Shown: piece by piece, positions 51,121 through 62,731 of the stretch
How the letters are laid out: the number at the start of each line of letters is the position of its first letter
How positions within the stretch are numbered: position 1 is the first letter of the stretch
Assembly (NCBI GenBank): GCA_049903315.1
Contig: JBNGBT010000001.1
Coordinates: 384,001-448,000, forward strand
Reading direction: 5' to 3'
Length of the DNA: 64,000 bases
From: Candidatus Cloacimonadota bacterium
Lineage (GTDB): Bacteria > Cloacimonadota > Cloacimonadia > JGIOTU-2
Notes under the pieces: model-generated
The model's input: only the letters and a program-made list of their open reading frames with translations
What the model was told of the DNA's origin: nothing
Databases searched by the model: none
Translations under genes and position numbers: made by a program

Positions 51121-51807
51121 ATGATCTTACAGGCACAGCATATTACGAAAAGTTATTTCGAGGGCACAGAACGAACACGTTTGACAGTTCTCGATGATCT
51201 TGATTTCTCCATGAGGGAAGGATCAATAGTATCCATAACCGGATTGTCGGGCAGCGGGAAAAGTACTCTCCTGCACATATTGGGGACACTCGATCAGCCG
51301 GATTCAGGAAATATAATTTTTAAAGACAAGAACATACGGTCTTTTAATGAAAACGATCTGGCACATTTCCGCAACATGAGTATTGGTTTTGTATTCCAGT
51401 TCCATCATTTGCTTCCAGAATTTACTACTGTAGAGAACGTTGCAATGCCAAAAATGATCTGCGGAAAATCATATAAAGACAGTATTCTTGCTTCTGAAGA
51501 ATTGTTAAAGTCGCTCGATCTTATTGAAAGAAGATACCATTACCCGCATCAGCTGAGCGGGGGAGAGCAGCAGAGAGTTGCTGTGGCAAGAGCTCTAATA
51601 AATAATCCCGATATTGTGCTCGCAGATGAACCCACGGGCAACCTGGATTCCATCCACAGCAATGAGTTGACCGACCTGTTATGGAGTCTGAACAAGCGTT
51701 TTGACACGACAGTGCTTTTGGTAACACATAACCTGGAACTTGCAAAACGGGCTGATGAAGTGTATAATTTAGAGGGCGGTAAGCTTCATAAGCTGCAGAA
51801 AAATTAA
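51121..51807 (+). CDS. lolD: Lipoprotein-releasing ABC transporter ATP-binding protein
   Basis: GLSGSGKST, GFVFQFHHLL (LolD motif), LSGGEQQR, ADEPTGNLD. Confidence 0.9.
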   Translation: MILQAQHITKSYFEGTERTRLTVLDDLDFSMREGSIVSITGLSGSGKSTLLHILGTLDQPDSGNIIFKDKNIRSFNENDLAHFRNMSIGFVFQFHHLLPEFTTVENVAMPKMICGKSYKDSILASEELLKSLDLIERRYHYPHQLSGGEQQRVAVARALINNPDIVLADEPTGNLDSIHSNELTDLLWSLNKRFDTTVLLVTHNLELAKRADEVYNLEGGKLHKLQKN

Positions 51808-51827
51808 GTTGTAGAAATTATCGATAT

Positions 51828-54800
51828 ATGAGAAAGAGAAAATGGTTGCTGATAGTTGTCATTATCATCATAATGATAAACCTTCTTTTCTGGGGAATGA
51901 CCTATCTTTTCGATGTGAACGGATATATTAAAAATAGACTCACCAAGACAATCGGGAGAGACCTGAATGCGACCATAAGCTTCTCAACCTTAAACTTCAC
52001 TTCAAAAATACTACAGATTTCCGATCTTGAGGTTACCCAGAAGGATGGGGATTATACTTTCAGAGCTAAACAGCTTTATCTTGATTTCTCTTTCTGGCAA
52101 CTCCTCCTGCACAAATTCCAATTCGCAAAAGCCCTGAAAGAAATCCGGTGTTTTTCTCCGGAGATTATATATAATGCTGCCTACGATAAGGAGCAGACAA
52201 AACTTAGCATTGATATAGAAAAATTAGAAAAAACACTCACTCGCTTTGATTATATCTCTATCATAAATGGGAAAGTGAACCTGAACAGTATGGGAGAAAT
52301 TGTCTTTTCAGATAACCTTGAGAAAATCAATGTGAGTCTGCAAAAGCAGCAGGATAAAGAGTGGCATATAAAAATGTCTGCCCTGCAAGCGGAAAATGAA
52401 GGTTCGATCGAACTTGAGGGAATCTATTCTAAACAATCTAATCAATTTCAAATTACTTTCAAGGATTACGATGTGCCTAATGTCAGCACAAAAAATGCAG
52501 TTCTTGTAAGCGCAACACTCAACGCAGAGATTCAGGCTACTTTGTCTGAAATCACTAGTGGCACTATCAGCATGAGTAATATCGAAAGCACTTTTCAGGA
52601 TGAGATCATTTCTTCAGAAGAACTTGCAGTTGTGCTTGGTCCTGATTATCTTAAAATTGATAAGAATGCCAAAATCCTATGGAAAAATAATGTGATAGCA
52701 TGCGAAGGATATGTTGCGAATTATTTAAGCAAAGACTCTCATGTGGATATATCTTTTCAAATGGACGGTTTCAGTACAACATTACTCGATGAGAATATGT
52801 CCGGTCTTCTTGATGTGCGCGCAAAAATAACAGGTAATTACTCATTCCCTGAGATACATTTCAATTTCGGTTCAGATAAGCTTCTTTATGATTCTTTTCA
52901 GGTCAGCAATCTCTCATCCGAACTCATCTTCAGGAATCATATGGCAGAAATTAAGAATGGCAATTTTGAAGTTGAACGAAATCGAGTTAACTTTTCGGGT
53001 AAAATAGCAGTAAATGAAAATAGACTTGCTGAGAGTCAGTTGGACATTACCTTAGAGTCAAATAGATTCAATTATGCGGTCGATGATCTGACACTTCAAT
53101 CTGATGTAGAAGTGAAGGTTTCGGGCAATGCCGGGAATCCGGAGATTCATGCATATCTTGCTCAAATAATAATATTGAATGATATGTTCCAACTTCCGGA
53201 GTTATACGGAAATATTTCTTATAATAATCAAGAAGCAACATTTAATCTGCAAGATAGCAACCACTCCCTATTACTTAATGGAGATTTTGATATTTTCCGA
53301 AAACCTCCTTTTGTAAATGCAGAAATATATGCAAATGATCTTGCGCTGACAAATATATTAAGAACCGAAATCCCGTTTTTGAGTCCCCTCGACCCTCATG
53401 TGAATGCTCAATTCATGCTTACATTAAAAGAAGGTGTGATTAATCCTGACGGAAGGTTCAACTTTGCTGATAATATCAATTCTTCGGTAAAAGGATCAAT
53501 CCTTATTTCTGGAGAAGTGCCTATCGATTTCAAAGGAAGAACCGGATTCCTTTCTATAAGATCAGACACGCTTTATATATATAATGAGCCCCTTAATTTT
53601 GTTTTTAATTCAACACTTTCTGAAAATGAGCACTTAGCAGGAGAATTGAGCATTAATAATACTATTTATACAAATGCTCTCGTGAAATTTAATCAGGAGG
53701 AAATTCACTATTCCGGAAATTTTTCGATCGACTCTCTCTCTATCAACCAACTCAATAATTTGATCTCTCTTTTTGAAAAAGAAACTCCTTTAAGTGGTAT
53801 CATGAATGCCGATTTTGTATTTGACAGTTCTCAAGAAATATCCGGAAGAGGTAACTTGGAGTTGAAGGAATTCAGTTTTAGCGAGAATATTAATCCAATT
53901 AATGTTGAAATAGAATTACAAACAGATTCATCCAAAGTGGCTCTCAATAATATTCGTGTACAAAATTCTCAATCCCTTCTGAAAGGAAATGCTTCTTACT
54001 ATCTCACTGAAGGTAATTTTGAATGTAATGCTTCAGAAGAAAATGTCGTGTTGGAAAATTTTTTGCAAGGTATTCCTGTGAAAGGAAAGGCGAGTTACGC
54101 ACTTTCTGCATTCGGGCATCTCAATGATCCACATATCTTGTGTGATGTATCTGTTGAGGACGGAACGCTTTATAATACTGCTTTTAATTCATGTGCAATC
54201 CAGTTTTTCCAGGATTTTGATATGTTCTATCTCAATGAGATGGAAGTCACTGCACCAGATTTTATTTTCTCCGGAAGCGGATCCTACAGTTATAATTTTC
54301 TGACTGAGGAATTTTACAATCAGTCTGATAATATGAAGTTCCAATTTTCCGGTGATCTACTCAAAATTGTTATGCCATATGTCCCCGACATGAAACAGGC
54401 ATCCAGCAATGCTGAGCTTTTCTGTTCATTTACTACTGACGAGACAAACACGATCGTTGATACGGCTCGGCTGAACATTTCTGATGGTCAATTTTCGATC
54501 AAATCCCAGCCCGAAAAGATAAGGAATTTTTCTTGTGCAGCGGAAGTGAAAGAAAACGTAATGACCACACTGAATGGTTCATTTAGAATGGGGGGCGGCA
54601 AACTTTATTTTAAAAATACAATTAATAATGATGACTCTGATATATTTGCAGGAAATATCAATATTGGCTCAATAAAACTCAATACTGATGACCAGGGGAT
54701 CACCATACATATTCCAAACTACCAGCCGGAAAGAGGTCTTGTTAATGCGCATTTGACAGGATATGAAGATGAGTATTTCACGGTGTATAATGAGAATGGG

Positions 54801-55847
54801 GCATGGGTACTTTCCGGGAGAATACTTCTTTCAAATGGCGATGCAATTTATGAAGAAGGGGAGGAGCGAGAAGAGGTCGAAGACTCAGGGTTACCTCCAA
54901 TTTATGCTGATTTTGATCTTGTCTTTGATAAAAATACATGGTACGTTTCCAATCCATTCAATCTCAAAATTGATGCGGGAGACTATATGAGTTTCCGTAC
55001 AAATCGAGAAACCGAAGAGCTTGAACTCTATTTTGATCTTCATTCTCAGCGTGGTGAGATGAGGTTGTTTGGTGAATCTTTCAGCGTGGAGGATGTGATC
55101 GTACGTAAAGCACGGCAGGACAGAAAAGTTTTCATTAATGCCACGTTCACCAAGCGGACACCGGACGGCTCGATGATCTATCTGCACGTGCAGTCAACCG
55201 AGGACAAGCTGAATGCTGATGACATCGGCACTGATGCGTATGGAGATGTCGAAGTTACTTTGCGGAGCGATAATCCTAAAGATGTGACTATGCTCAGCAT
55301 CCTCTCAAAAATTCAATACGGAAAAGAAATAGGTGAACTTTCCGAAGATGAGCGGTTTGATCTTGGCAGAGAACAGGCAATAAATCTCGCCAGCGATGAA
55401 CTGAGTAATCTGATATTCAGTCCTCTTATAAGTCCGGTAGAGGGTGTTGTGCGGCAGATACTTGGACTGGATTATGTGAGATTAAAAACCGGTTTTATGA
55501 GAAATATAATAGAAACGAGCGGCATTGTGGAGTCGGATGACAATATTATTGATAGAGAGTACGACTCTGACCTGGAGCTGCTCGGAGAACTCAGCAAAGA
55601 TATTTTACTTGAGAACCTTGCAATCGACCTCGGGAAGTACATAACTCCAGAATGGTACCTGAACTACGAAGCGCTCATTAAAAAGGAAATGACAGCGAGA
55701 AACGAAACGTATATCGGTGTGCAGCACGAGCTCTCATTAACGTGGGACCTGCCGTATAATTTCCGGTTTATTTATCGATATCAATTCTATCCTGCGCAGG
55801 GAAAAGACAACCAGGGAATATCATTAGAGACGGTTTTTCATTTTTAA
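51828..55847 (+). CDS. AsmA/TamB-like large periplasm-spanning protein
   Basis: Single N-terminal TM anchor, 1339 aa beta-rich, C-terminal IDLGKY...; upstream of bamA. Confidence 0.7.
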   Translation: MRKRKWLLIVVIIIIMINLLFWGMTYLFDVNGYIKNRLTKTIGRDLNATISFSTLNFTSKILQISDLEVTQKDGDYTFRAKQLYLDFSFWQLLLHKFQFAKALKEIRCFSPEIIYNAAYDKEQTKLSIDIEKLEKTLTRFDYISIINGKVNLNSMGEIVFSDNLEKINVSLQKQQDKEWHIKMSALQAENEGSIELEGIYSKQSNQFQITFKDYDVPNVSTKNAVLVSATLNAEIQATLSEITSGTISMSNIESTFQDEIISSEELAVVLGPDYLKIDKNAKILWKNNVIACEGYVANYLSKDSHVDISFQMDGFSTTLLDENMSGLLDVRAKITGNYSFPEIHFNFGSDKLLYDSFQVSNLSSELIFRNHMAEIKNGNFEVERNRVNFSGKIAVNENRLAESQLDITLESNRFNYAVDDLTLQSDVEVKVSGNAGNPEIHAYLAQIIILNDMFQLPELYGNISYNNQEATFNLQDSNHSLLLNGDFDIFRKPPFVNAEIYANDLALTNILRTEIPFLSPLDPHVNAQFMLTLKEGVINPDGRFNFADNINSSVKGSILISGEVPIDFKGRTGFLSIRSDTLYIYNEPLNFVFNSTLSENEHLAGELSINNTIYTNALVKFNQEEIHYSGNFSIDSLSINQLNNLISLFEKETPLSGIMNADFVFDSSQEISGRGNLELKEFSFSENINPINVEIELQTDSSKVALNNIRVQNSQSLLKGNASYYLTEGNFECNASEENVVLENFLQGIPVKGKASYALSAFGHLNDPHILCDVSVEDGTLYNTAFNSCAIQFFQDFDMFYLNEMEVTAPDFIFSGSGSYSYNFLTEEFYNQSDNMKFQFSGDLLKIVMPYVPDMKQASSNAELFCSFTTDETNTIVDTARLNISDGQFSIKSQPEKIRNFSCAAEVKENVMTTLNGSFRMGGGKLYFKNTINNDDSDIFAGNINIGSIKLNTDDQGITIHIPNYQPERGLVNAHLTGYEDEYFTVYNENGAWVLSGRILLSNGDAIYEEGEEREEVEDSGLPPIYADFDLVFDKNTWYVSNPFNLKIDAGDYMSFRTNRETEELELYFDLHSQRGEMRLFGESFSVEDVIVRKARQDRKVFINATFTKRTPDGSMIYLHVQSTEDKLNADDIGTDAYGDVEVTLRSDNPKDVTMLSILSKIQYGKEIGELSEDERFDLGREQAINLASDELSNLIFSPLISPVEGVVRQILGLDYVRLKTGFMRNIIETSGIVESDDNIIDREYDSDLELLGELSKDILLENLAIDLGKYITPEWYLNYEALIKKEMTARNETYIGVQHELSLTWDLPYNFRFIYRYQFYPAQGKDNQGISLETVFHF

Positions 55848-56249
55848 CTTTACCTCTTTAAAAATTGCACACTGATCGGCCAGTTGGCAGACAAGTTCAC
55901 GCGATTCTCACAGAAAAAAAATATTCACCACAGAGATCGCTCGACTTCATTCAATTCCGTCGCTGCAACAGAGGAACATTCATCCAAAATAGGAAGTACT
56001 CCTCATATGAACACCTCATTCGTTCGATAGAGAGTATATAGTTTGGCTTGAGTATGTGAGGTATTCTTTTAGAAGAGTTCTTGGTGGTAATCCTATTAAA
56101 TATATACGAACTTTATACTATTATTGAATTTGTTTAAAAAGTAAAAGTATATACTTTAGATTATATTCTTTATATCTTACTAAAAAACTTTACTAATTAT
56201 TTCTATGACGGGAATTATGCCATAAATTATCATAAGATTTAATGAAATT

Positions 56250-58505
56250 ATGAAAAAAATTATATTCTTTATTTTAGTAGCTCTTGTTACTTTTTGTACG
56301 ACCCAGGTTTTTGCTCAAATAGAGTATAACTATATTTCTGATATTGAGATCACGGGAAATATCAATGTAACCACCCAGCTTATCAAGTCGGCATCAGGGC
56401 TGGCGCTCGGGCAGGTATATTCTGCAGATAAGGTTACCAAAGCCATTCAGAACATCTATAAGCTTGGCTTGTTCAGTAATATTCAGGTCGAAAAAGTCCA
56501 GAACAATAAGGGAGTGAAGGTCATCATACAGGTTTCTGAATTTCCCATTGTTCAGGACTGGGAAATAACCGGTAACAAAAAGATACGAGTTGACGAAATA
56601 AAGAAGCAGTTCAGGCTTGTTCGCGGTGACTATTGGTCGGGCGAACGGGAACTGGAAATCAAGCATAAAATTCTTGAGCTTTATTTTTCGAAGGGATACA
56701 GACTTGCTGCAGTGAGTTTCAAAGAAACGCCTGTACTGAACAACAGGATCGAGCTGACCATTGTCATTAATGAAGGACACAAAGTGGTGATCCGCGAAAT
56801 CAGCTTCAAGGGTAATGAGAAAGTTACAGAAAAGAAACTGCGAAGGATCATAAAGACAAAGAAAAGCGGATTTTTGCGTTCCGGTGTGTTCGACCAGGAA
56901 AAATTTGATGAAGATCTGACCCGCATTATTGATTATTACAATTCCAAGGGTTACATCGATGCTGCAGTCATTGGCTGGGAACCGAGATACGATGAAAACG
57001 GACGACTGTTCCTGACAATCAATGTGTACGAGGGCAATCAATACCGTATCGGCACAATATCTCTTGAAGGCAATACATTATTCAGCAAAGAAATTCTTCT
57101 CCGTCAGCTCAAATTTGAAATGAATGAGATCTTTAACAGGGAAGATTTTGATAACAAACTGAATGGCATACGTTCGATGTATTATGAAGAGGGATATATT
57201 TATTCAACCGTTTCTCCTCAGATCAATCCGCAGGGAGATGTGGTGAACATCAATATCTTTGTGCAGGAAAACAATCGCGCAAAGGTCAGGCAGATCTATG
57301 TCGAGGGTAACAAGAAGACAAAAGAGAAGATCATCCGCCGGCAGCTTGCAATCGTACCTGGTGATTACTTCAGGCAGTCTTTGCTGATACAGAGTCAGCG
57401 CAACATATACAATCTCGGATTTTTCGAACCCAATATCGGGCTTGATTACCAGCCGATTAATGATGATGGCGATATCGATCTCATATTCCAACTTGAGGAT
57501 AAGGAATCCGGTACTGCAAATATGGGTGTAAATTATGATGAAGAGGATAAGCTTACGGGTTTTCTTTCGTTGTCTCATAATAACCTATTTGGAAAAGCAT
57601 GGGGACTGAAATTATCCTGGGAATTCAGCGGCTCTAAACAGGAATATGACATCAGTTTTACCAATCCGTATTTTTATGATACGAATGTACTTGTGGGCGC
57701 AGATGTGTATCATCAAAGAAATGACTGGAAAAATTATAATTATAAGGTAGTAAAATCCGGCGGTGGTTTTCGTATTGGAACCAAAATTCCGTGGGTCAAT
57801 TATGCAAAGGTTACCACCGGTTATTCAATAACGCAGAAACAGTATAGTATTCTGGATGAAAAGGATAATGTTTCAACTTCCTTGCAAGCTCTTGTTGACA
57901 GGGGAAAGATACTCACGAGTACTGCCTTTCTCACCCTGGAACGAGACGATAGAGATAATGTGTTCCGCCCGAGTGAGGGCTCGCTTGTACGCTCATACAC
58001 AGAGCTGGCAGGTGGTTTCTTTGGCGGAAGTGAAAACTATATTAAAGAAATAGTCCAAACAAACTGGTATTTGAAGCTTTTCTGGAAATTCTCTCTTGGC
58101 GTACGCTGGAGAGTTGGGTATGTGAAAGCATTTGGCGACACAAAAGAAGTACCGCCCGATGAACTTTTCTACCCCGGAGGTACCGGTGCAGACGGAATCC
58201 GCGGATATCCTGATAATAGTGTTGTTCCTGAAGATCAGGACGGAGGTAAAGCAGAATTTATCACTTCCAGCGAAATCACATTCCCGATCTCTGGTGACCA
58301 GATAATCGGAGTGATGTTCCTTGATGCAGGAAATTCATACAATTACCTTTCAGAGATCAATGTGCAAAAACTGAAAAAAGGAATTGGAATGGGCGTTCGT
58401 ATCATGTCGCCAATGGGACTTCTCGGATTTGATTATGCATATGGTATGGACAGAGAAGTAAATAATAAATGGCAATTCCATTTCCAATTTGGCTCAACGT
58501 TTTAA
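56250..58505 (+). CDS. bamA: Outer membrane protein assembly factor BamA
   Basis: POTRA repeats (I.I.GN, Y...GY), IRGY motif, FLDAGN, SPMG, C-terminal FQFGSTF. Confidence 0.95.
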   Translation: MKKIIFFILVALVTFCTTQVFAQIEYNYISDIEITGNINVTTQLIKSASGLALGQVYSADKVTKAIQNIYKLGLFSNIQVEKVQNNKGVKVIIQVSEFPIVQDWEITGNKKIRVDEIKKQFRLVRGDYWSGERELEIKHKILELYFSKGYRLAAVSFKETPVLNNRIELTIVINEGHKVVIREISFKGNEKVTEKKLRRIIKTKKSGFLRSGVFDQEKFDEDLTRIIDYYNSKGYIDAAVIGWEPRYDENGRLFLTINVYEGNQYRIGTISLEGNTLFSKEILLRQLKFEMNEIFNREDFDNKLNGIRSMYYEEGYIYSTVSPQINPQGDVVNINIFVQENNRAKVRQIYVEGNKKTKEKIIRRQLAIVPGDYFRQSLLIQSQRNIYNLGFFEPNIGLDYQPINDDGDIDLIFQLEDKESGTANMGVNYDEEDKLTGFLSLSHNNLFGKAWGLKLSWEFSGSKQEYDISFTNPYFYDTNVLVGADVYHQRNDWKNYNYKVVKSGGGFRIGTKIPWVNYAKVTTGYSITQKQYSILDEKDNVSTSLQALVDRGKILTSTAFLTLERDDRDNVFRPSEGSLVRSYTELAGGFFGGSENYIKEIVQTNWYLKLFWKFSLGVRWRVGYVKAFGDTKEVPPDELFYPGGTGADGIRGYPDNSVVPEDQDGGKAEFITSSEITFPISGDQIIGVMFLDAGNSYNYLSEINVQKLKKGIGMGVRIMSPMGLLGFDYAYGMDREVNNKWQFHFQFGSTF

Positions 58506-58537
58506 AAAATAATTTTATATAATAAGGAGATGTTATA

Positions 58538-59086
58538 ATGAAGTTCAAAGGTATAATCATTGCGATGTTATTGGTTCTGATCCCCATCATGGGATTTGCT
58601 GCTACACAAAAGATCGGCGTGATAGATGTCGATAAAGTGTATAATGATTTTGAAGAGAAGAATATTGCAGAGCAGCAATTCTATCAGGAATCAGACCAGT
58701 GGGAAAAAGATCTGGATGAAAAAGAAGCGGAAATTACTCGCTTGAAGAATGAATATGAAAACCTTCCTCCAATCGTTTCCAAAGATCGCCGCGAACAAAA
58801 ATTAAAAGAGATAGAACAGAAAGAAACCGATTTCTATAATTTAGCGAATGAATATCGCAACAAGGCAGTCGAACGCCAGATGGAACTTCTCGCACCTATT
58901 AGTGAGAAGATAGTTAATGCGATCAATGAAGTTGCTGAAGAATACGGGCTGGATATTGTGCTCAATACTATGCAGGGTGAGGTCGTGCTCTACATCAAGA
59001 GTGAAGATATTGATATCACCGAAGCTGTTATTGAGAAGCTGAATGTAAACGCAGTTCCCGCTCCAAAAGAAAAAACTGAGGAATGA
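58538..59086 (+). CDS. skp: Periplasmic chaperone Skp/OmpH
   Basis: Signal peptide, KIGVIDV, coiled-coil, DITEAVI; lies between bamA and lpxD. Confidence 0.9.
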   Translation: MKFKGIIIAMLLVLIPIMGFAATQKIGVIDVDKVYNDFEEKNIAEQQFYQESDQWEKDLDEKEAEITRLKNEYENLPPIVSKDRREQKLKEIEQKETDFYNLANEYRNKAVERQMELLAPISEKIVNAINEVAEEYGLDIVLNTMQGEVVLYIKSEDIDITEAVIEKLNVNAVPAPKEKTEE

Positions 59087-60138
59087 AACAATTCGCATTA
59101 GTACTCTCTCTTGAGCAGCTTGCGTCAATCGCTGAAGGCAAGCTCGTCAAAATTCGGGATTGCACGTGTAGTGCTGTCGCTTCCCTTGAAGAAGCAGATG
59201 AGAATACTGTGGTTTTTTTCCAGGATCCGAAATTTGAAAAGGGATTTGCAGAATCCAAAGCAGGTGTTTTTCTTATTCCAGAAAAATTAGACACAGATAC
59301 CTTACCCAAAAGAAATTATATTCTTTGCTCTAAGCCGTACTTTTCTTTTTTAAGGATCGTTGCTTATTTCTTACAATCCACACAAAAACCAATCAAAGGT
59401 AGAGACATTCATCCTACTGCAATTATTGCTGAGTCTGTAAAAATCCCCGAGAATATAACTATTGCTGCAAATGTAGTGATCGGAGAAAATGTTGTTTTGG
59501 GGGACTGTTCATTGATTCATGAGAACGTTGTTATCAAAGATGATATTGTCATTGGTGATAAGTGTTGTTTTTATCCGGGAGTGACCATTTACAGCGAAGT
59601 CCTGATAGGATCTGAAGTGAGTATTCACGCAGGGAGTGTCATTGGTTCTGACGGTTTCGGTTATATATGGGATGGAAAGAAGCATCAAAAGATACCACAG
59701 ATAGGAAGCGTTATTATTGAAGATGATGTGGAGATCGGTGCGAATGTGACTGTCGACCGGGGTGCGCTTGGTGATACGATCATTCGCAAAGGATCAAGAA
59801 TTGATAATCTCGTTCAAATCGCTCATAACGTTGAAGTAGGGGAGTTTACTGTCCTCTGCTCACAAGTCGGGATTGCAGGAAGTTCAAAGGTTGGAAACAA
59901 CTGCATCTTTGCAGGACAGGTTGGTATTGCAGATCATGTAAAGATCGGGGATAACGTCAAAATTGGCGCTCAATCAGGAGTTCCCAATGATATTCCGGAC
60001 AATAAGATCGTGCTCGGATATCCAGCGATAGATATCGGACTGCAAAGAAGGATTCTCGCTTCATTAAAAGAATTGCCCGATATACGAAAATACTTCCATC
60101 AACTCAAAAAGAAGGAAGAAACTAATGTACATTCATGA
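59083..60138 (+). CDS. lpxD: UDP-3-O-acylglucosamine N-acyltransferase
   Basis: Hexapeptide repeats, [27 protein letters not shown]. Confidence 0.96.
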   Translation: MKQFALVLSLEQLASIAEGKLVKIRDCTCSAVASLEEADENTVVFFQDPKFEKGFAESKAGVFLIPEKLDTDTLPKRNYILCSKPYFSFLRIVAYFLQSTQKPIKGRDIHPTAIIAESVKIPENITIAANVVIGENVVLGDCSLIHENVVIKDDIVIGDKCCFYPGVTIYSEVLIGSEVSIHAGSVIGSDGFGYIWDGKKHQKIPQIGSVIIEDDVEIGANVTVDRGALGDTIIRKGSRIDNLVQIAHNVEVGEFTVLCSQVGIAGSSKVGNNCIFAGQVGIADHVKIGDNVKIGAQSGVPNDIPDNKIVLGYPAIDIGLQRRILASLKELPDIRKYFHQLKKKEETNVHS

Positions 60139-61558
60139 AAATCAACAGACAATTAAGGATTCAATAAGTTATACAGGCATCGGCTTACATACAGGGACGA
60201 TCAGTACTGTAACATTTAAATCTGCACCAGAGAACACAGGTATAATCTTCCGTCGTACCGATTTGCCTGGGCAGCCGGAGATTCCTGCAGATATACAGCA
60301 TGTACAAAGTCTGGATAGAGGAACGAATATTGGCATCAAGGATGCAACGGTCGCCACTATCGAGCATGTGCTTTCTGCCATCAAAGGATTGGAAATCGAT
60401 AATATTTATGTGGAAATTGATGGAGAGGAAATCCCTGTTGCGGACGGTAGTGCGATCGAGTTTGTGAAAGCCTTGAAAAAATGCGGTATTGTCGAGCAGA
60501 ATGCGGAGCGTAAATATCTTGAGATCAAGAAGCCGTTATCGTTTTCTGTTCCGGAACGTAATGTCGATGTCGTTGTGGTGCCTTCTGAGTCTTTGAAGAT
60601 CACATTTTTTATTGATTTTGACCACCCGAACCTTAAACCTCAATACACTTCCATGGTTTCTCTCCAAGATGAATATGAAAAGGGATTTGCTTCTGCAAGA
60701 ACTTTTTGTTTTATCAATGACATTAAACAACTTAAAGCAGCTGGTCTGATCAAAGGTGGAAGTTTGAGCAATGCGCTCGTCATCGGTGATGAAAGTCTAT
60801 CTGATACAGATATACAGGAGTTGAGAAAACTCTTCAATATGAAGGGAGAAGTCAAACTTAATGAGCATAAGCTGCTTAATTCCACTCCCTTAAGATATTA
60901 TAATGAATTTGTGCGACATAAAGTTGTCGACCTCATTGGTGATCTTGCACTTCTGGGTATCTCTGTAAAAGGACATATTCTAGCTGCACGCTCCGGACAT
61001 AAAACGAACATCGAACTGATAAAAAAGATCAAGCAGCAGTATGAAAATGAAATCTTAAAAGCAAAATATCAAAAAAAGGAAGCGCAGGGGGTTGTCTTTG
61101 ATAATGAAGCGATCCAGCGAATTCTTCCACACAGATATCCGTTCCTGCTCGTTGATAAGATCATTGAGTTCACTCCCGGAGAATCGATCGTCGGCATAAA
61201 AAATGTTACGATAAATGAACCTTTCTTTCAAGGACATTTTCCGGATCATCCTGTTATGCCCGGAGTGCTCATCGTAGAGGCAATGGTACAAACAGGCGGT
61301 ATTCTCGTTCTTAATGAATGTCCAGATCCTCGTGATTTTATCGCATATTTTCTTTCAATAGATAAAGTGAAGTTCAGAAAACTGGTTGTTCCCGGAGATA
61401 GACTTGAATTTCGCATGAGATTGGTTCGGTCACGGGTCGGGGTACATGTGATCGAAGGCAAAACGTATGTTGATGATAAATTGGTTTGCGAAGGGGAATT
61501 AAAAGCAAAATTGATTAAAAAAAATGACTCAAATAATTCATCCAACAGCAATAATTGA
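60125..61558 (+). CDS. lpxC-fabZ: Bifunctional LpxC deacetylase / FabZ dehydratase
   Basis: [28 protein letters not shown], then [15 protein letters not shown] and PGVLIVEAM. Confidence 0.96.
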   Translation: MYIHENQQTIKDSISYTGIGLHTGTISTVTFKSAPENTGIIFRRTDLPGQPEIPADIQHVQSLDRGTNIGIKDATVATIEHVLSAIKGLEIDNIYVEIDGEEIPVADGSAIEFVKALKKCGIVEQNAERKYLEIKKPLSFSVPERNVDVVVVPSESLKITFFIDFDHPNLKPQYTSMVSLQDEYEKGFASARTFCFINDIKQLKAAGLIKGGSLSNALVIGDESLSDTDIQELRKLFNMKGEVKLNEHKLLNSTPLRYYNEFVRHKVVDLIGDLALLGISVKGHILAARSGHKTNIELIKKIKQQYENEILKAKYQKKEAQGVVFDNEAIQRILPHRYPFLLVDKIIEFTPGESIVGIKNVTINEPFFQGHFPDHPVMPGVLIVEAMVQTGGILVLNECPDPRDFIAYFLSIDKVKFRKLVVPGDRLEFRMRLVRSRVGVHVIEGKTYVDDKLVCEGELKAKLIKKNDSNNSSNSNN

Positions 61559-62300
61559 TCCCAAAGCAAGGATCGGAAATGATGTTGAGATCGGTCCTTT
61601 TTCAATTGTTGGACCGAAAGTAATACTCCATGACGGAGTAAAAGTAGCATCAAATGTCGTGATAGATGGTCGCACAACTATTGGAAAAGGGTGCAGAATT
61701 TTTCATTCTGCTGTCATTGGCACCGAACCTCAGGATCTTAAATATGCCGGAGAGGACACTGCAGTTGAGATCGGTGAATACACACTCATCAGAGAATTTG
61801 CGACTGTTAACCGCTCTACAAATATTGACCAGCCAACAAGAGTCGGCAGCAAATGCCTGCTCATGACGTATACTCACGTTGCTCATGATTGCCAGCTCGG
61901 TGATCGGGTAATTATGGCGAATTCCGCAAACTTGGCAGGACATGTTATTATTGAAAATAATGCAACCATCGGCGGAATAACTCCTGTTCATCAATTTGTG
62001 CATATTGGCTGCTATTCCTTTATTGGTGGGCTTTCGCGCGTAAGCCAGGATGTCGCACCATATACTCGCGGAGCAAGTATTCCATATAGAACAGTAGGGC
62101 TTAACTCCGTTGGTTTGCGGCGCAATAATTACTCTCCTGAAACAAGAGCAACATTAAAGGAGCTCTACAAGATTTTCTATAATTCAAACCTCAATACAAC
62201 ACAGGCATTAGAAAAAATTATGGCTGAAATCGACATGATTGATGAAGTGAAACATTTTATTGAATTTGTAGAAAATTCAGAACGCGGAATTGCTAAGTAA
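61524..62300 (+). CDS. lpxA: UDP-N-acetylglucosamine acyltransferase
   Basis: IHPTAII, PQDLKY, HVAHDC, LAGHV, VHQF, GLNSVGLRR. Confidence 0.96.
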   Translation: MTQIIHPTAIIDPKARIGNDVEIGPFSIVGPKVILHDGVKVASNVVIDGRTTIGKGCRIFHSAVIGTEPQDLKYAGEDTAVEIGEYTLIREFATVNRSTNIDQPTRVGSKCLLMTYTHVAHDCQLGDRVIMANSANLAGHVIIENNATIGGITPVHQFVHIGCYSFIGGLSRVSQDVAPYTRGASIPYRTVGLNSVGLRRNNYSPETRATLKELYKIFYNSNLNTTQALEKIMAEIDMIDEVKHFIEFVENSERGIAK

Positions 62301-62393
62301 AATTTTTTTGTTTTTTTATAAAAAAAATTGACAGAGTAAGTAGTGACAGTAACTTATGGCTTGCATATAGCAAAAAATGATGCGGAGGCACAT

Positions 62394-62666
62394 ATGACAA
62401 AACAAGAGTTAATTGAAAAAGTTGCTATGGATGCTGACATTTCGAAGAAGAAAGCTGGCGACGCTGTTAACGCTGTATTCGATAGCATCAAATTAGGACT
62501 TGAAAAAGGTGACAAGATCACTATGGTTGGTTTCGGAACATTTAGTGTGGCAAAAAGAGCTGCACGTATGGGTCTGAACCCTGCAACTGGTGAAAAGATT
62601 CAAATCCCTGCAACTAAAGTTCCCAAATTTAAAGCGGGTAAAAAACTTAAAGAAGCAGTCAAATAA
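62394..62666 (+). CDS. hup: DNA-binding protein HU
   Basis: MTKQELI, VGFGTF, RMGLNPATGEKI, PKFKAGK; GGAGG before ATG 62394. Confidence 0.95.
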   Translation: MTKQELIEKVAMDADISKKKAGDAVNAVFDSIKLGLEKGDKITMVGFGTFSVAKRAARMGLNPATGEKIQIPATKVPKFKAGKKLKEAVK

Positions 62667-62678
62667 TCACCATTTTAT

Positions 62679-62708
62679 AAGAGCAAGGGGCTTCCCCTTG
62701 CTCTTTTT
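62679..62708 (+). terminator. Intrinsic terminator after hup
   Basis: AAGAGCAAGGGG/CCCCTTGCTCTT stem plus T-tract. Confidence 0.85.
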
Positions 62709-62731
62709 ATTAAAACAATTCGGGGTTAAAC

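Noticed and set aside
61524..61558. 35-bp overlap of lpxC-fabZ with lpxA giving an [11 protein letters not shown] tail
   Set aside because: Both proteins are complete; this is an ordinary stop-codon drift overlap, not a frameshift
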